DNA of 31,966 nt from Gemmatimonadota bacterium (GTDB lineage: Bacteria > Latescibacterota > UBA2968 > UBA8231): the NCBI GenBank assembly GCA_038128265.1, contig JAYPJE010000047.1, forward strand, positions 1 through 31,966. Reading direction: 5' to 3'. A program made the position numbers and the translations under genes. The notes beneath the pieces are model-generated. The model was not told the origin of the DNA, did no database searches, and was given only the letters and a program-made list of their open reading frames with translations. Of the stretch, positions 7,162 to 17,194 are shown piece after piece; position 1 is the stretch's first letter, and every line of letters begins with the position of its first letter.

Positions 7162-9519
7162 ATGTCCGAAATATTGGGTCGTTTTATCAATGGGCACAGG
7201 CTTGTACAAGCTGCCGGGATCTTGTTGATCGGTATAGGTCTATTTTTAGTCATCAGCTTTGTGTCCCACTCTTCATTAGACTATCCCAACTCGAGTCGCG
7301 CAGCGAGTAGCGACTTTAACTGGGGTGGGCGGATTGGCGCCTACGTCTCGTACGTAGCGCTGTTGGCTATGGGCATTGCGGCCTATGTATGGCCCGTTCT
7401 CCTGCTGTTTTGGGGCGTCAATGCGCTGCGCAACGAGTCGCTTGTCCACGTAGCTGCGCGCAGCATAGGCCTGTTGGGTATGGCGCTGCTGTTCAGCATT
7501 GGCGCAGGGCTGCCCTCGTACTCGTCTTATATCGCCTTCAAGCTGGGGGGCATGCTGGGTACCCAGCTGAGCAGCCTGCTATTAATACCCTATATGGGGC
7601 GCGTCGGTGCGGCGGTGGTGCTCTGCGCGCTCTTTCTCGCGGCGCTCGTGCTGACAACCGACCTCAACTTGCGCCCCCTAGTGCGCGCGGCTTCTGCCGG
7701 TGGACGCGCTGGTCTCCGGCTGGCCGGTGCGCTGAATGCGCTGCCTGGGCGCGGTCTGCACAGGTGGCGTCGCTGGCGCATCGTGCGCGCCGAACAGAAG
7801 GCCCTGCGCCGCCAAGAAGATCGCGAGGAGGAAGAAGACCGCGACGAAGAGGTGGAAGAGGCGATAGAGCCGGCGATGGAACCTGCGGTGATTCAGCCAG
7901 AGGTTGAACGCGACGGCGCAGACATTGCTCCAGTTGTAATCAAGGAAAAAACGGCCGATGCGGAGCGCCCGGCGCCGGTGGATGTAGCCGTTCCCGTTGA
8001 GGAACCCAAGCGCCCCGTCGAACCGCCTGCTGCCGTCAGCGCAGCTCCCGTGGCCAAAAGGGCGAGAGGGCGCTATAGGGCGCCTAAGATTTCCCTGCTC
8101 GACGAAGTGCCATCGAGCACCCACGGAGTCGACCGCGATCAACTGCTGGAAAATGCGCGCAAACTGGAGGAAGCCCTCGCCAATTTCGACGTGGCTGGCA
8201 AGGTCGTCGAAGTCAGTCCCGGCCCTGTGGTCACGCGCTACGAAGTGGAGCCGGCTGCCGGGGTGAAAGTAAATCGCATCGTCACATTGTCGGACGACTT
8301 GGCGCGCATTATGAGCGCTAAGGGCATTCGCATTCAGGCGCCCGTGCCCGGGAAATCGGTCGTAGGCGTGGAAATTGCCAACCAGGATCGAGAGACGGTC
8401 TACCTGCGCGAAATATTGGAGGCAAAGGAATTCCGCCGCGCAGAGTCGACGCTAACCATGGCGCTGGGAAAGACGATTGCCGGAGAGCCCTATGCGGCCG
8501 ACTTGGCTAAAATGCCCCATCTACTGGTTGCTGGGGCAACGGGTGCTGGTAAGAGCGTGTGCATAAACTGCCTGATATGCAGCATCCTATTTAAGGCTAC
8601 GCCCGAACAAGTGCGCTTTCTGATGGTCGACCCCAAGGTGGTGGAGTTGACCATCTACAACGATATCCCCCACTTATTAGTGCCGGTGATAACCGAACCC
8701 AAAAAGGCTTCGGAAGCGCTGAAATGGGCGGTCGCGGAGATGGAGGTGCGCTATCAGAAGTTGGCCAAACTCGGCGTGCGCAATTTGGCCGACTACAACC
8801 GCAAGTTGGAGCGCGTCAACGCAGAGGCGGAAGCAGACGGCGTTGAACCAGAGAAGGCCATGCCGTATATCGTCATCGTCATAGACGAGTTTGCCGATTT
8901 GATGCTAACCGCTCCGGCTGACGTAGAGACATCGCTAATGAGCTTGGCGCAGAAGTCGCGCGCCGTGGGCATACATATTATTCTGGCAACGCAGCGTCCT
9001 TCGGTTAACGTAATCACCGGCGTAATCAAGGCAAACTTTCCTTCGCGCATCGCGTTCCAGGTCGCTTCAAAGACGGATTCGCGAACAATTTTAGACCTCA
9101 ACGGGGCGGAAGCGCTGCTGGGACGCGGCGATATGCTCTTCCTCCCAGGCGGACAGGGGGAACCGATCCGCGTGCATGGAGCGTTCTTATCAGGGGAGGA
9201 GACGGAGCGCATGGTCGAGTCGATCAAGGCGGCCGACTATCAGCCCGAAGAAGTCGCGGTATTTTCGGAGCATGCCGATATTAGCGTCGCGGCCAACGAA
9301 CGCGATGAGCTGTTTGACGAGGCCGTTCAGATTGTCCTCGACGCGCAGCAGGCCTCGACCTCGTTTCTGCAGCGCCGCATGAAGGTGGGATACTCGCGCG
9401 CGGCACGGCTAATGGACGAACTAGAAAATGCGGGCGTTGTCGGGCCTGCGGAAGGGGCAAAGCCGCGCCAGATTTTGCTCGAAGATGTAGAAGAAGTGAC
9501 CGGAGAAGGGATTTCGTAA
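7162..9519 (+). CDS. ftsK: DNA translocase FtsK
   Basis: N-terminal multi-TM domain, acidic/Pro-rich linker, GPVVTRYE, PHLLVAGATGAGKS (Walker A), IDEFADLM, LATQRPS, LLGRGDML and gamma domain LQRRMKVGYSRAAR. Confidence 0.97.
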   Translation: MSEILGRFINGHRLVQAAGILLIGIGLFLVISFVSHSSLDYPNSSRAASSDFNWGGRIGAYVSYVALLAMGIAAYVWPVLLLFWGVNALRNESLVHVAARSIGLLGMALLFSIGAGLPSYSSYIAFKLGGMLGTQLSSLLLIPYMGRVGAAVVLCALFLAALVLTTDLNLRPLVRAASAGGRAGLRLAGALNALPGRGLHRWRRWRIVRAEQKALRRQEDREEEEDRDEEVEEAIEPAMEPAVIQPEVERDGADIAPVVIKEKTADAERPAPVDVAVPVEEPKRPVEPPAAVSAAPVAKRARGRYRAPKISLLDEVPSSTHGVDRDQLLENARKLEEALANFDVAGKVVEVSPGPVVTRYEVEPAAGVKVNRIVTLSDDLARIMSAKGIRIQAPVPGKSVVGVEIANQDRETVYLREILEAKEFRRAESTLTMALGKTIAGEPYAADLAKMPHLLVAGATGAGKSVCINCLICSILFKATPEQVRFLMVDPKVVELTIYNDIPHLLVPVITEPKKASEALKWAVAEMEVRYQKLAKLGVRNLADYNRKLERVNAEAEADGVEPEKAMPYIVIVIDEFADLMLTAPADVETSLMSLAQKSRAVGIHIILATQRPSVNVITGVIKANFPSRIAFQVASKTDSRTILDLNGAEALLGRGDMLFLPGGQGEPIRVHGAFLSGEETERMVESIKAADYQPEEVAVFSEHADISVAANERDELFDEAVQIVLDAQQASTSFLQRRMKVGYSRAARLMDELENAGVVGPAEGAKPRQILLEDVEEVTGEGIS

Positions 9520-9520
9520 A

Positions 9521-10183
9521 ATGCTTAGGTGCCATGTGCTCGCAGCGGCGGTCTTCGCTGCGTGTTACGCGTCGGCGGCAGCGGCGATTACCGGCGGCGA
9601 GATCGTCGAGAAAGTGCAGGAAAAGCTCGAGGAGTACAAGTCTTTTTCCGCCGAGTTTGAGAAGCAGTTTTACTGGGCTGCCTTGGACAAGAGCCGCAGT
9701 CGATCCGGCAAACTGTATATGCGCAGCCCCGACCACTTTCGCGTCGAATTGGACAACGGCGATGCCGTAGTGGCCAACGGCGAGACGATGTGGTCGTATG
9801 CTGAGCGCAACAAGCAGGTGGTCATTAGCCCCTACGAAGGCGAGTTGCGCACGCCCTGGCAGGTCTTTGTTGACTACTCGGCCAATTACGTTCCGCTCGC
9901 CGTAGAAGAGACCAAACTCAATGGACGCTCTTGCTATATGCTGGTGCTCAAGCCTACGGGTGACGCCTATGCCAATTCCAAAAAGCAGATGAAGGTCTGG
10001 GTAGACAAGAAAAAGTGGTGGCTGCTGCAGGTAGAGACGCTAGAGGACAATCAGGACGTAACTACATACACGCTCAAGGACCACAAAGAGAACAAGAAAA
10101 TCGACGACGAGGTATTCGCCTTCCAACTGCCTAAGGGGGTGGATATCGTCGATCGCCGCCCGCCTGCGCACGATGGAAATTAG
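9521..10183 (+). CDS. lolA: Outer-membrane lipoprotein carrier LolA-like protein
   Basis: Signal peptide, SFSAEFE..., SGKLYMRSPDHFRVE and VVANGETMWSY motifs; conserved ftsK-lolA gene order. Confidence 0.85.
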   Translation: MLRCHVLAAAVFAACYASAAAAITGGEIVEKVQEKLEEYKSFSAEFEKQFYWAALDKSRSRSGKLYMRSPDHFRVELDNGDAVVANGETMWSYAERNKQVVISPYEGELRTPWQVFVDYSANYVPLAVEETKLNGRSCYMLVLKPTGDAYANSKKQMKVWVDKKKWWLLQVETLEDNQDVTTYTLKDHKENKKIDDEVFAFQLPKGVDIVDRRPPAHDGN

Positions 10184-11869
10184 ATGAATAGGGGTGCAAT
10201 GCTGTGGGTTGGGTGGATTTGGATTGCGACGGCTTTTGTCGGCATTGAGCAGGCTGCGGGTTCCCAGTACGGCGATGTGTGGGTTTTCCTGCGCGACAAA
10301 AAAGATGAGCGCGATCGAGTTATCGCGTGGCGCAATGGGGGTAAAGGGCTTTCGCCTGCTGAGTGGGACCTACCCATTCGGGACGATTATGCGCGGCGCG
10401 TGCGCGCTACCGGAGCCCAAGTGCGCACCCGTTCGCTGTGGCTCAATGCGATAAGCGTTCGCGCTACGCCAGAGCAGCAGCAGCGCCTGCGCGCCTTGGA
10501 TTTTGTCGAGTCGCTGCAGCGCGTGCGCACCTTTGCCAAGCCCGTACCTACCGTGGAGGCGGCGCTGCCGTCCGCGCGCCTTGCCCTGCAGGAGGACTAC
10601 GGCGTGGCATTCGAGCAATTTGCTCAGGCCGAGGTAATTCCGCTGCACCAGATGGGGTATCGAGGAGCCGGCGTCCGCATTGCCGTTCTCGACAATGGGT
10701 TCCACTACACAGAGCACAAGGCGTTCGCGCGGCTCAACGTCGTGGCCCAGCGCGACTTTGTCAACGAAGACGAAATCGTCAGTGATGAGGTCGACCAGCC
10801 GCGCACCGGCGATGAAACGCGCTCCGCGCAAAATCTGCACGGAGCGCAGGTGCTGTCCATTATGGCGGCCTACGATCCCGGTCGCTTTATCGGCATTGCG
10901 CCCGATGCGGAATACATCCTGGCCAAGACCGAAGAGAATGCGACGGAACTTCCCATCGAGGAAGATCGCTGGATCGCTGGGTTAGAATGGTCAGTCAGTC
11001 AGGGGGCCGCTGTCGTCAACAGTTCCCTCGGATACAATATATGGGACAGCGGCGATAGCTATGAGTATGCCGACCTCGATGGGCGCACGGCGCTGACGTC
11101 GGTTGCCGCGGCGATGGCTGCGCAGCGAGGGGTCGTCGTCGTCATTGCCGCCGGCAACGAAGCCGACACACCTTGGCATTATATAACGGCGCCCGCTGAT
11201 GCGGATGGCGCCATTGCCGTTGGATCGGTCGACGTGGCGACGGTAGATGGTCGAACGCCAACCATCGCCAGCACGAGTTCGCGCGGGCCGACGGCGGACG
11301 GACGCATCAAACCCGACGTCGTTGCACCGGGACAGGGCGTGGTGGTTGCCGATGTGCGCGGTGGCGACTATCGGCGCTCCAGTGGCACGTCGTTTGCCGC
11401 ACCTGTAGTAAGCGGCATTTGTGCGCTGCTTCTGCAAATCCACCCAGATTGGCAGCCGCAAGACGTGCTGGCCGCGCTGCGGTCGACGGCACTGGACCTC
11501 GGCGATGCCGGCCCAGATACGGTATACGGATGGGGGCATGTCCAGGCGCTGGCCGCCAGTGGTTTGCGCGTCGCCCAACCCGATAGGGCGGCTGCGCTGG
11601 TTCCTTTTCCCAATCCCGTTCAGGGGGAGAGCGTGTATTTTCCGCTGCTGGTCGATCGGCGCGAGGAAGTTCAGTTGAGCGTTTTTGATGCTGCGGGGAA
11701 CGTGGTATTTAGCCGCGTTTGGGATATGCTTTCGGGCACCTATACGCAGCAGGGCAATGCGCCGCGATGGAATATCGCTGCCGACTTGGCCAATGGGTTG
11801 TATTTTTACCGGATGCATTCCACCAGCTTTGATCGATCCGGCACGCTGGCCGTGGTCCGGCGTCGATAG
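10184..11869 (+). CDS. Secreted S8 (subtilisin-like) serine peptidase with C-terminal sorting-like domain
   Basis: Catalytic D (VLDNG), H (LHGAQV), oxyanion N (AAGN) and S (SGTSFAAP); KPDVVAPG; C-terminal FPNP...LANGLYFYRM domain. Confidence 0.92.
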   Translation: MNRGAMLWVGWIWIATAFVGIEQAAGSQYGDVWVFLRDKKDERDRVIAWRNGGKGLSPAEWDLPIRDDYARRVRATGAQVRTRSLWLNAISVRATPEQQQRLRALDFVESLQRVRTFAKPVPTVEAALPSARLALQEDYGVAFEQFAQAEVIPLHQMGYRGAGVRIAVLDNGFHYTEHKAFARLNVVAQRDFVNEDEIVSDEVDQPRTGDETRSAQNLHGAQVLSIMAAYDPGRFIGIAPDAEYILAKTEENATELPIEEDRWIAGLEWSVSQGAAVVNSSLGYNIWDSGDSYEYADLDGRTALTSVAAAMAAQRGVVVVIAAGNEADTPWHYITAPADADGAIAVGSVDVATVDGRTPTIASTSSRGPTADGRIKPDVVAPGQGVVVADVRGGDYRRSSGTSFAAPVVSGICALLLQIHPDWQPQDVLAALRSTALDLGDAGPDTVYGWGHVQALAASGLRVAQPDRAAALVPFPNPVQGESVYFPLLVDRREEVQLSVFDAAGNVVFSRVWDMLSGTYTQQGNAPRWNIAADLANGLYFYRMHSTSFDRSGTLAVVRRR

Positions 11870-11876
11870 TCAATGT

Positions 11877-12377
11877 ATGAATAGGAAACGCCGAGATAAT
11901 AAGAGCCGTCTCGACGCTAATATGCGCATGCTCAACCGACTGGTGGTGGGGGGCGTGGCCGTATTCATACCGCTGTACTTTATTATTCGCTTTACGGGTG
12001 GCGAAGCAAAGAAAATAGAGAATATCGGCGCCGTATTTAGCCGCATTAAGAACCCCATTGTATGGAGCGTTCCGCCCAATGGAGTGCGCTACGTCAACTA
12101 CTTTCAGGGCGTAGCGGACGAGGGCAATAAATTCGTCTTGGTGGACGTCAGTATGAAAGCGCGCATGCGCATAGGTTTTCCCGTTGTTCCGCGCTGTTTT
12201 CGCCTGGTTGACGATCTCAACATACGCCACTATCCGCGCTCGCACTCGCCGTTTTTCATTGCCTATGGCGATTCGTTTTACATGGACCAGGACGAGGAAT
12301 TTGTCGGCAAGCTGCTCTTTGAAATTCCCGCTAATAGAAAAGCGGAAAACCTGCTATTTGACCGCTTTAAAGAATAG
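11877..12377 (+). CDS. Single-TM protein with DUF4352-like Ig fold
   Basis: Probable ATG at 11877 (MNRKRR), 7 nt after the S8 stop. Basic N-terminus, one TM, then GNKFVLVDV...FRLVDD...GKLLFEIP. The ORF-track start at 11685 overlaps S8 and is unlikely. Confidence 0.65.
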   Translation: MNRKRRDNKSRLDANMRMLNRLVVGGVAVFIPLYFIIRFTGGEAKKIENIGAVFSRIKNPIVWSVPPNGVRYVNYFQGVADEGNKFVLVDVSMKARMRIGFPVVPRCFRLVDDLNIRHYPRSHSPFFIAYGDSFYMDQDEEFVGKLLFEIPANRKAENLLFDRFKE

Positions 12378-12389
12378 GAGAATACCACT

Positions 12390-13479
12390 ATGGCTACGGT
12401 AGAAGAAACGCTAGAGGAATGTGCGCAGCGGCTACAGCGGTTGGGAGGCTACCTTTGACATCGATAGCAAGAAAACACAGCTAGCCGCTCTCGAAGGAGA
12501 AATGGCCGGCGCCGACTTCTGGAACGATCGGAAAAAGGCCGAACAGACTTCGCGTCAGGCGCGCGTGCTCAAGGACTCGATTGAGTCGTGGGAAGCGTTG
12601 CAGAGCCAGCTACAGGATCTGCGCGAACTGCAGGAAATCGCCGGTGAAGAGGGCGATGCCGAAGCGCTAGCGGAGGTCGAAAGCGATTCTCAGAGCTTGG
12701 TCGAAGCCGTGGGCGACCTCGAGTTTCGCACGATGCTCGACGGCGATGACGACGACAAGAACGCCATTTTGGTTATTCACTCGGGGGCCGGTGGCACGGA
12801 GGCGGCCGACTGGGCCGAGATGCTGATGCGCATGTATACGCGCTGGACTGAGCGCAACGACATGGAGAGCAGCATCATGGATATGCAGCCGGGTGAGGAA
12901 GCCGGTATTAAAGGGGTCACAGTTGAAGTTAAGGGCGACTTTGCCTATGGCTACTTAAAAGCGGAGGCCGGCGTGCATCGCCTGGTGCGCATTTCCCCCT
13001 TTGATTCGAGCAGCCGGCGGCACACGTCTTTTGCCTCCGTCTTTGTCTATCCAGAAGTAGATGACGATATCGAAGTCGATCTCAGGGACGAGGATCTAAA
13101 GATAGAGGTGTATCGCGCCGGCGGTGCCGGCGGCCAGCACGTCAACAAAACGTCCTCGGCCGTGCGCATAACGCACCTGCCGACCAATATTGTCGTGCAG
13201 TGCCAAAACGAGCGCTCGCAGCTAAAGAACAAAGCCACGGCACTTAAAGTATTGGCGGCTCGCGTATACCAGCATTTCAAAGAAGAAGAGGATAAGAAAC
13301 TGCAGGAAGTTGAAAGCTCGAAGAAGAGCATTGACTTCGGCAGCCAGATTCGCTCGTATGTATTCCACCCGTACAACCTGGTCAAAGACCATCGCACCAA
13401 CTGTGAGACGGGCAATGTCCAGGCCGTTATGGATGGCGATATCGACGCCTTTATAAAGGCGTTTCTAACTCAGGAATAG
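12390..13479 (+). CDS. prfB: Peptide chain release factor 2 (programmed +1 frameshift; join 12390..12455,12457..13479; about 362 aa)
   Basis: ATG 12390 after TAGGAG gives [26 protein letters not shown]; the +1 frame continues DIDSKK.... RF2 motifs SPF (RISPFD) and GGQ are present. Confidence 0.96.
12443..12459 (+). promoter_or_regulatory. prfB programmed +1 ribosomal frameshift site
   Basis: GGGAGGC TAC CTT TGA C: internal SD followed by the canonical CTT-TGA-C shift site. Confidence 0.95.
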
Positions 13480-13483
13480 CCGG

Positions 13484-14746
13484 TTGAGCGTCTCCCTGTT
13501 TATCGCCCGTCGCTATCTGCGTTCCAAGCAGACGAGCGGGTTTGTATCTGTCATCGCCTATATGGCCGTCGGCGGTGTCGTCCTCGGCGTAGCGGCGCTG
13601 GTTATCATTCTCTCGGTAACCAATGGCTTTTCCGGCGAGATAAAAAATCGCCTGGTCGGCATGAATGCCCATATCAATATCCGTCGCTTTGATGGAGGTG
13701 CGATTGGCGAATACCGCGAGCTGATTAAAAAGGTCGAACAGTGGCCCGAAGTCGTGGGGGCTGCACCGGTTGTCGATAGCAAAGTGATTATCGTCTCCAA
13801 GCGCGACTTTAGCCGCATTGACGGTATTCCTATCTGGGGCATCGATCCGCAGACGTTTCCGGCCGTTTCCGATTTGCCGCGCCATTTGCAGTATGACGAA
13901 CGCGGGGAAATTGTGCTGGGCGACGTGCCGGATATGGGTAAGAAAGGCATTATTCTCGGCGAACATTTGGCGCGCCGACTGCAGGTGGGACCGGGATTTG
14001 ACGTGCTGCTATTTACCATACGCAATCTCGATGTAGAAGAGGCGGTTATGGACGGGCTTACGCCCAAGACCTGGCCTTTTCTCGTTACGGACCACTTTGA
14101 AAGCGGCATGTACCAGTACGACGATAACTATGCCTTTATCCACATTGAAGACGCCCAGCGCATACTTGGACTGGGCGATGCGGTGACGGACATTCACCTA
14201 CACGTGACCGATATATACAGCGCGCCTGCAATCCGCGCGGCGCTGTCCGAAGCGTTTGACTACCCGTATACCGTCAGCGATTGGACGCAGCTCTTTCCCG
14301 AGTTCTTTCGCTGGATCGAGCTGGAGAAGTGGGCAATTTTTATTGCGCTCAGCCTGATCGTTCTCGTTGCGGCGTTCAATATCATGTCGATCCTCGTTAT
14401 GTCCGTTCTCATTAAGACGCCCGAAATTGGCATTCTGCGGGCTATGGGCTGCACGGTTGGTGAAGTGTACCGCGCCTTTGTCTATCAGGGGCTGATTATT
14501 GGCGGAGTTGGCACCGCGCTCGGCTGTGTCATTGGCTTTGCCACATGCTATGCCCAGCAGCGCTTCGACATTATATCCATTCCCGGCGACGTCTATCTAA
14601 TCAATTCGCTGCCTGTCGATATGGACGTGGCCGACTTTGCGCTCGTCATCCTCGTGAGCATGGCGATTTGTCTGTTGACCTCTATCTACCCAGCCCGCAA
14701 AGCCGCCTCTCTGATGCCGGTGCAGGCAATTCGCTATATCATGTGA
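13484..14746 (+). CDS. lolE: Lipoprotein-releasing ABC transporter permease LolC/E family
   Basis: FIARRYLR, GVAALVIILSVTNGF, VAAFNI, EIGILRAMG and YPARKAA motifs; TTG start. LolC, LolE and LolF cannot be distinguished here. Confidence 0.88.
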   Translation: MSVSLFIARRYLRSKQTSGFVSVIAYMAVGGVVLGVAALVIILSVTNGFSGEIKNRLVGMNAHINIRRFDGGAIGEYRELIKKVEQWPEVVGAAPVVDSKVIIVSKRDFSRIDGIPIWGIDPQTFPAVSDLPRHLQYDERGEIVLGDVPDMGKKGIILGEHLARRLQVGPGFDVLLFTIRNLDVEEAVMDGLTPKTWPFLVTDHFESGMYQYDDNYAFIHIEDAQRILGLGDAVTDIHLHVTDIYSAPAIRAALSEAFDYPYTVSDWTQLFPEFFRWIELEKWAIFIALSLIVLVAAFNIMSILVMSVLIKTPEIGILRAMGCTVGEVYRAFVYQGLIIGGVGTALGCVIGFATCYAQQRFDIISIPGDVYLINSLPVDMDVADFALVILVSMAICLLTSIYPARKAASLMPVQAIRYIM

Positions 14747-14754
14747 GCTGGGGC

Positions 14755-15444
14755 ATGGCGACCGCTGATACCTTCGTGCTGGAAGCGCGCGATATCCGCA
14801 AGGAATACCGCTCGGGTGAGGGCGAGCTGCAGGTGCTCAATGGCGTCAATTTGCGGGTGCGACGCGGCGAATTGGTTGCAGTGATGGGCGCATCGGGAGC
14901 CGGCAAGAGCACGCTGCTGCATATTTTGGGCACGCTGGAAGCGCCGACTTCGGGCCAGCTGTCTATTGCCGATACGGATGTCGCCACCCTCGACGAAGGG
15001 GCGCTTTCGCGTTTTCGCAATCGCCATATTGGTTTTGTCTTTCAGCATCATCGTCTGCTGCCGGAGTTTACCGCGCTGGAAAACGCTCTTATGCCTGCGC
15101 TCATCGCACGGCAGGGAGAAGCGCAGCGCGCTGCGGCGATCGAGCTGCTGGAGGCCGTTGGCTTGCAGCAGCGCATGAGCCATCGCCCGAGCGAACTGTC
15201 CGGCGGTGAGTGCCAGCGCGTAGCCATGGTGCGCGCGCTGATCATGCGCCCACAAATTGTGCTAGCCGACGAGCCTTCGGGCAATTTGGACGAGGCGACC
15301 AGTGCCGTGCTGCATGGGCTACTGCGCGACCTGGCTCAGCGCAACCAGCAGGCGTTTGTCGTGATGACACACGATGAACACTTGGCTGCCAATATGGATC
15401 GCATCGGGTATTTGGAAGCGGGCGTCCTGCGCCTGGAGGACTGA
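14755..15444 (+). CDS. lolD: Lipoprotein-releasing ABC transporter ATP-binding protein
   Basis: GASGAGKST, GFVFQHHRLLPEFTALEN, LSGGE and LADEPSGNLD motifs; start taken at ATG 14755. Confidence 0.9.
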   Translation: MATADTFVLEARDIRKEYRSGEGELQVLNGVNLRVRRGELVAVMGASGAGKSTLLHILGTLEAPTSGQLSIADTDVATLDEGALSRFRNRHIGFVFQHHRLLPEFTALENALMPALIARQGEAQRAAAIELLEAVGLQQRMSHRPSELSGGECQRVAMVRALIMRPQIVLADEPSGNLDEATSAVLHGLLRDLAQRNQQAFVVMTHDEHLAANMDRIGYLEAGVLRLED

Positions 15445-15448
15445 GCCT

Positions 15449-15991
15449 ATGAAATGCGAAATTTGCCACAGCAACGACGCGACGACGGCGTATACGCACA
15501 TAGTCGACGATGTAAAAAAGACGCTCCTGCTGTGTGCCAGCTGCATTCCCAAAAGCGCCGAGAGCGTCCAAGCGAAGCCGCCTGCGGGATCCGGCGACCA
15601 AGACGTGCCGGTGCTCGTCAAAAAAGTGAAAGTGGAGTTTGGCACATCGCCGGCGCCGGAAGCCACCGCGGTAGGGGACTGTGAGGGGTGCGGTATGACC
15701 TACCAACAGTTTAAAAAGGCGGGTCGCTTGGGATGCCATCGCTGTTACGAGGTATTCGGAGCGCAGCTGGAGCGCCTGCTAAAGCGAATTCACGGCGCCG
15801 ATGCCCACTGCGGCAAGGGACGTATCGAAGAGGGAGCGGCTCCGCGTCCTGTAGAGACGTTGGATCGGTTGCGCAGCGAATTGAGTGAAGCAGTCGAACG
15901 CGAAGAGTTTGAGCGCGCAGCGCAAATACGCGACCGCATTCGCACCATCGAGTCAGAGGGTGAAGCCTCCGTAGGGGAGGCCGAGCGTTGA
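15449..15991 (+). CDS. mcsA: Protein-arginine kinase activator McsA
   Basis: Four CxxC motifs (CEIC, CASC, CEGC, CHRC), GRLGC..CY..F, IHG...H.GK and a C-terminal UVR domain (EEFERAAQIRDRI); start ATG 15449. Confidence 0.92.
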   Translation: MKCEICHSNDATTAYTHIVDDVKKTLLLCASCIPKSAESVQAKPPAGSGDQDVPVLVKKVKVEFGTSPAPEATAVGDCEGCGMTYQQFKKAGRLGCHRCYEVFGAQLERLLKRIHGADAHCGKGRIEEGAAPRPVETLDRLRSELSEAVEREEFERAAQIRDRIRTIESEGEASVGEAER

Positions 15992-17064
15992 ACATCGGCG
16001 AACTCGTTGGCAATCGCGCCCAGTGGCTCAGCGGCGAAGCGGACGGCGATGGAATCGTCGTGAGCTGTCGCGCACGCCTGGCGCGCAATATATCGATTGC
16101 TCCGTTTGCGCCCAAGGCGACCGTAGACGACCAGGAGCGGGTTATCGAGCGCGTATTGAGCGCCGCGCAGCACAGCCGACACATGTGCAGTGCGGCGTTT
16201 TTCAAAATGAACGCGCTGCAGGAGAGCGAACGCCGACTATTGGTAGAGCGCCATCTCGTCAGCCCGGCGCTGGCCGAGAGCAAGGGACAGCGCGGATTGC
16301 TGTTTAATCGGGACGAGGCGCTGAGCATAATGATCAACGAAGAAGACCACTTGCGTTTGCAGGCCATTCTGCCGGGGCTTCAGGCGCAGGGGGCGTGGAG
16401 CGCTGTAGATGCGCTCGACGACGACCTAGGCTCAGCGCTGCCATACGCCCATTCCGATCGGTGGGGATTTTTGACGGCGTGCCCGACCAATGTGGGCACG
16501 GGCCTGCGCGTCTCCGTGCTGATTCACCTGCCGGCGCTGGTGCTGACCGAAGATATGGAACGCGTGACGCGCGGTTTGACGCAGATGGCGTTTACCGTGC
16601 GCGGTTTTTACGGCGAGGGAACAAACCCGGTGGGCAATTTATTCCAAATTTCCAACCAGTCGACCCTCGGGGTAGAAGAGGGAAAAATCGTCGAGATGCT
16701 GACGACGATTACGCAGCAAATTATAGCGTGTGAAAAAGATGCACAGGATGCGCTCTTGAAAGAGGCGCGCTCGCAGGTTGAAGACAAGATTTGGCGCGCA
16801 TACGGGCTGCTTTCGCACGCGCGTGTTTTGAGCAGCCAGGAGTTTATGAACCTGCTTTCCGCCGTCCGCTTGGGGCACAGTCTGGGGCTAGTAAAAGCGG
16901 TGGATTCCAGCTTTATGAACCATCTGATGATCGTCACCCAGCCCTCGCATTTGCAGATGGAACGCGGAGGCGAGCTGGCCCCGGAAGAGCGCGATATGTA
17001 CCGCGCCGAACGGGTGCGTTCGCGCTTTGCGAATCTGCCTACAGACGAGGCTGGGTTATCTTGA
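15988..17064 (+). CDS. mcsB: Protein arginine kinase McsB
   Basis: RARLARN, LVERHLVS, MINEEDHLR, CPTNVGTGLR, RGFYGEG, FQISNQ and C-terminal ERDMYRA motifs; 4-bp overlap with mcsA. Confidence 0.96.
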   Translation: MNIGELVGNRAQWLSGEADGDGIVVSCRARLARNISIAPFAPKATVDDQERVIERVLSAAQHSRHMCSAAFFKMNALQESERRLLVERHLVSPALAESKGQRGLLFNRDEALSIMINEEDHLRLQAILPGLQAQGAWSAVDALDDDLGSALPYAHSDRWGFLTACPTNVGTGLRVSVLIHLPALVLTEDMERVTRGLTQMAFTVRGFYGEGTNPVGNLFQISNQSTLGVEEGKIVEMLTTITQQIIACEKDAQDALLKEARSQVEDKIWRAYGLLSHARVLSSQEFMNLLSAVRLGHSLGLVKAVDSSFMNHLMIVTQPSHLQMERGGELAPEERDMYRAERVRSRFANLPTDEAGLS

Positions 17065-17089
17065 CAACGCTACGCCCTTTTGGTAGTTT
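17061..17089 (+). promoter_or_regulatory. Internal sigma70-type promoter for clpC
   Basis: TTGACA (overlapping the mcsB TGA)-N17-TAGTTT with an extended -10 TGn. Confidence 0.65.
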
Positions 17090-17194
17090 CAGAAAAGGCT
17101 CGACGAGAGCCGATTTATTCCTAACACATTGATATTTATTGTAAATAAAGCACGCGCGGTGATCGATTAAAGAGGAGCCGCGGAGGTCTATTTC

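Noticed and set aside
10991..11818. 275-aa antisense ORF over the S8 protease
   Set aside because: Fully overlaps a gene with an intact catalytic triad; typical shadow ORF.
12421..12456. ORF-track N-terminus of prfB ([12 protein letters not shown]) or a frameshifted pseudogene call
   Set aside because: Explained by the canonical programmed frameshift from ATG 12390.
14545..14754. ORF-track N-terminal extensions of lolD (also mcsA 15374, skp 22164, DUF4352-like 11685, moaD 1276)
   Set aside because: They overlap upstream genes or promoter regions; family-like sequence begins at the downstream starts.
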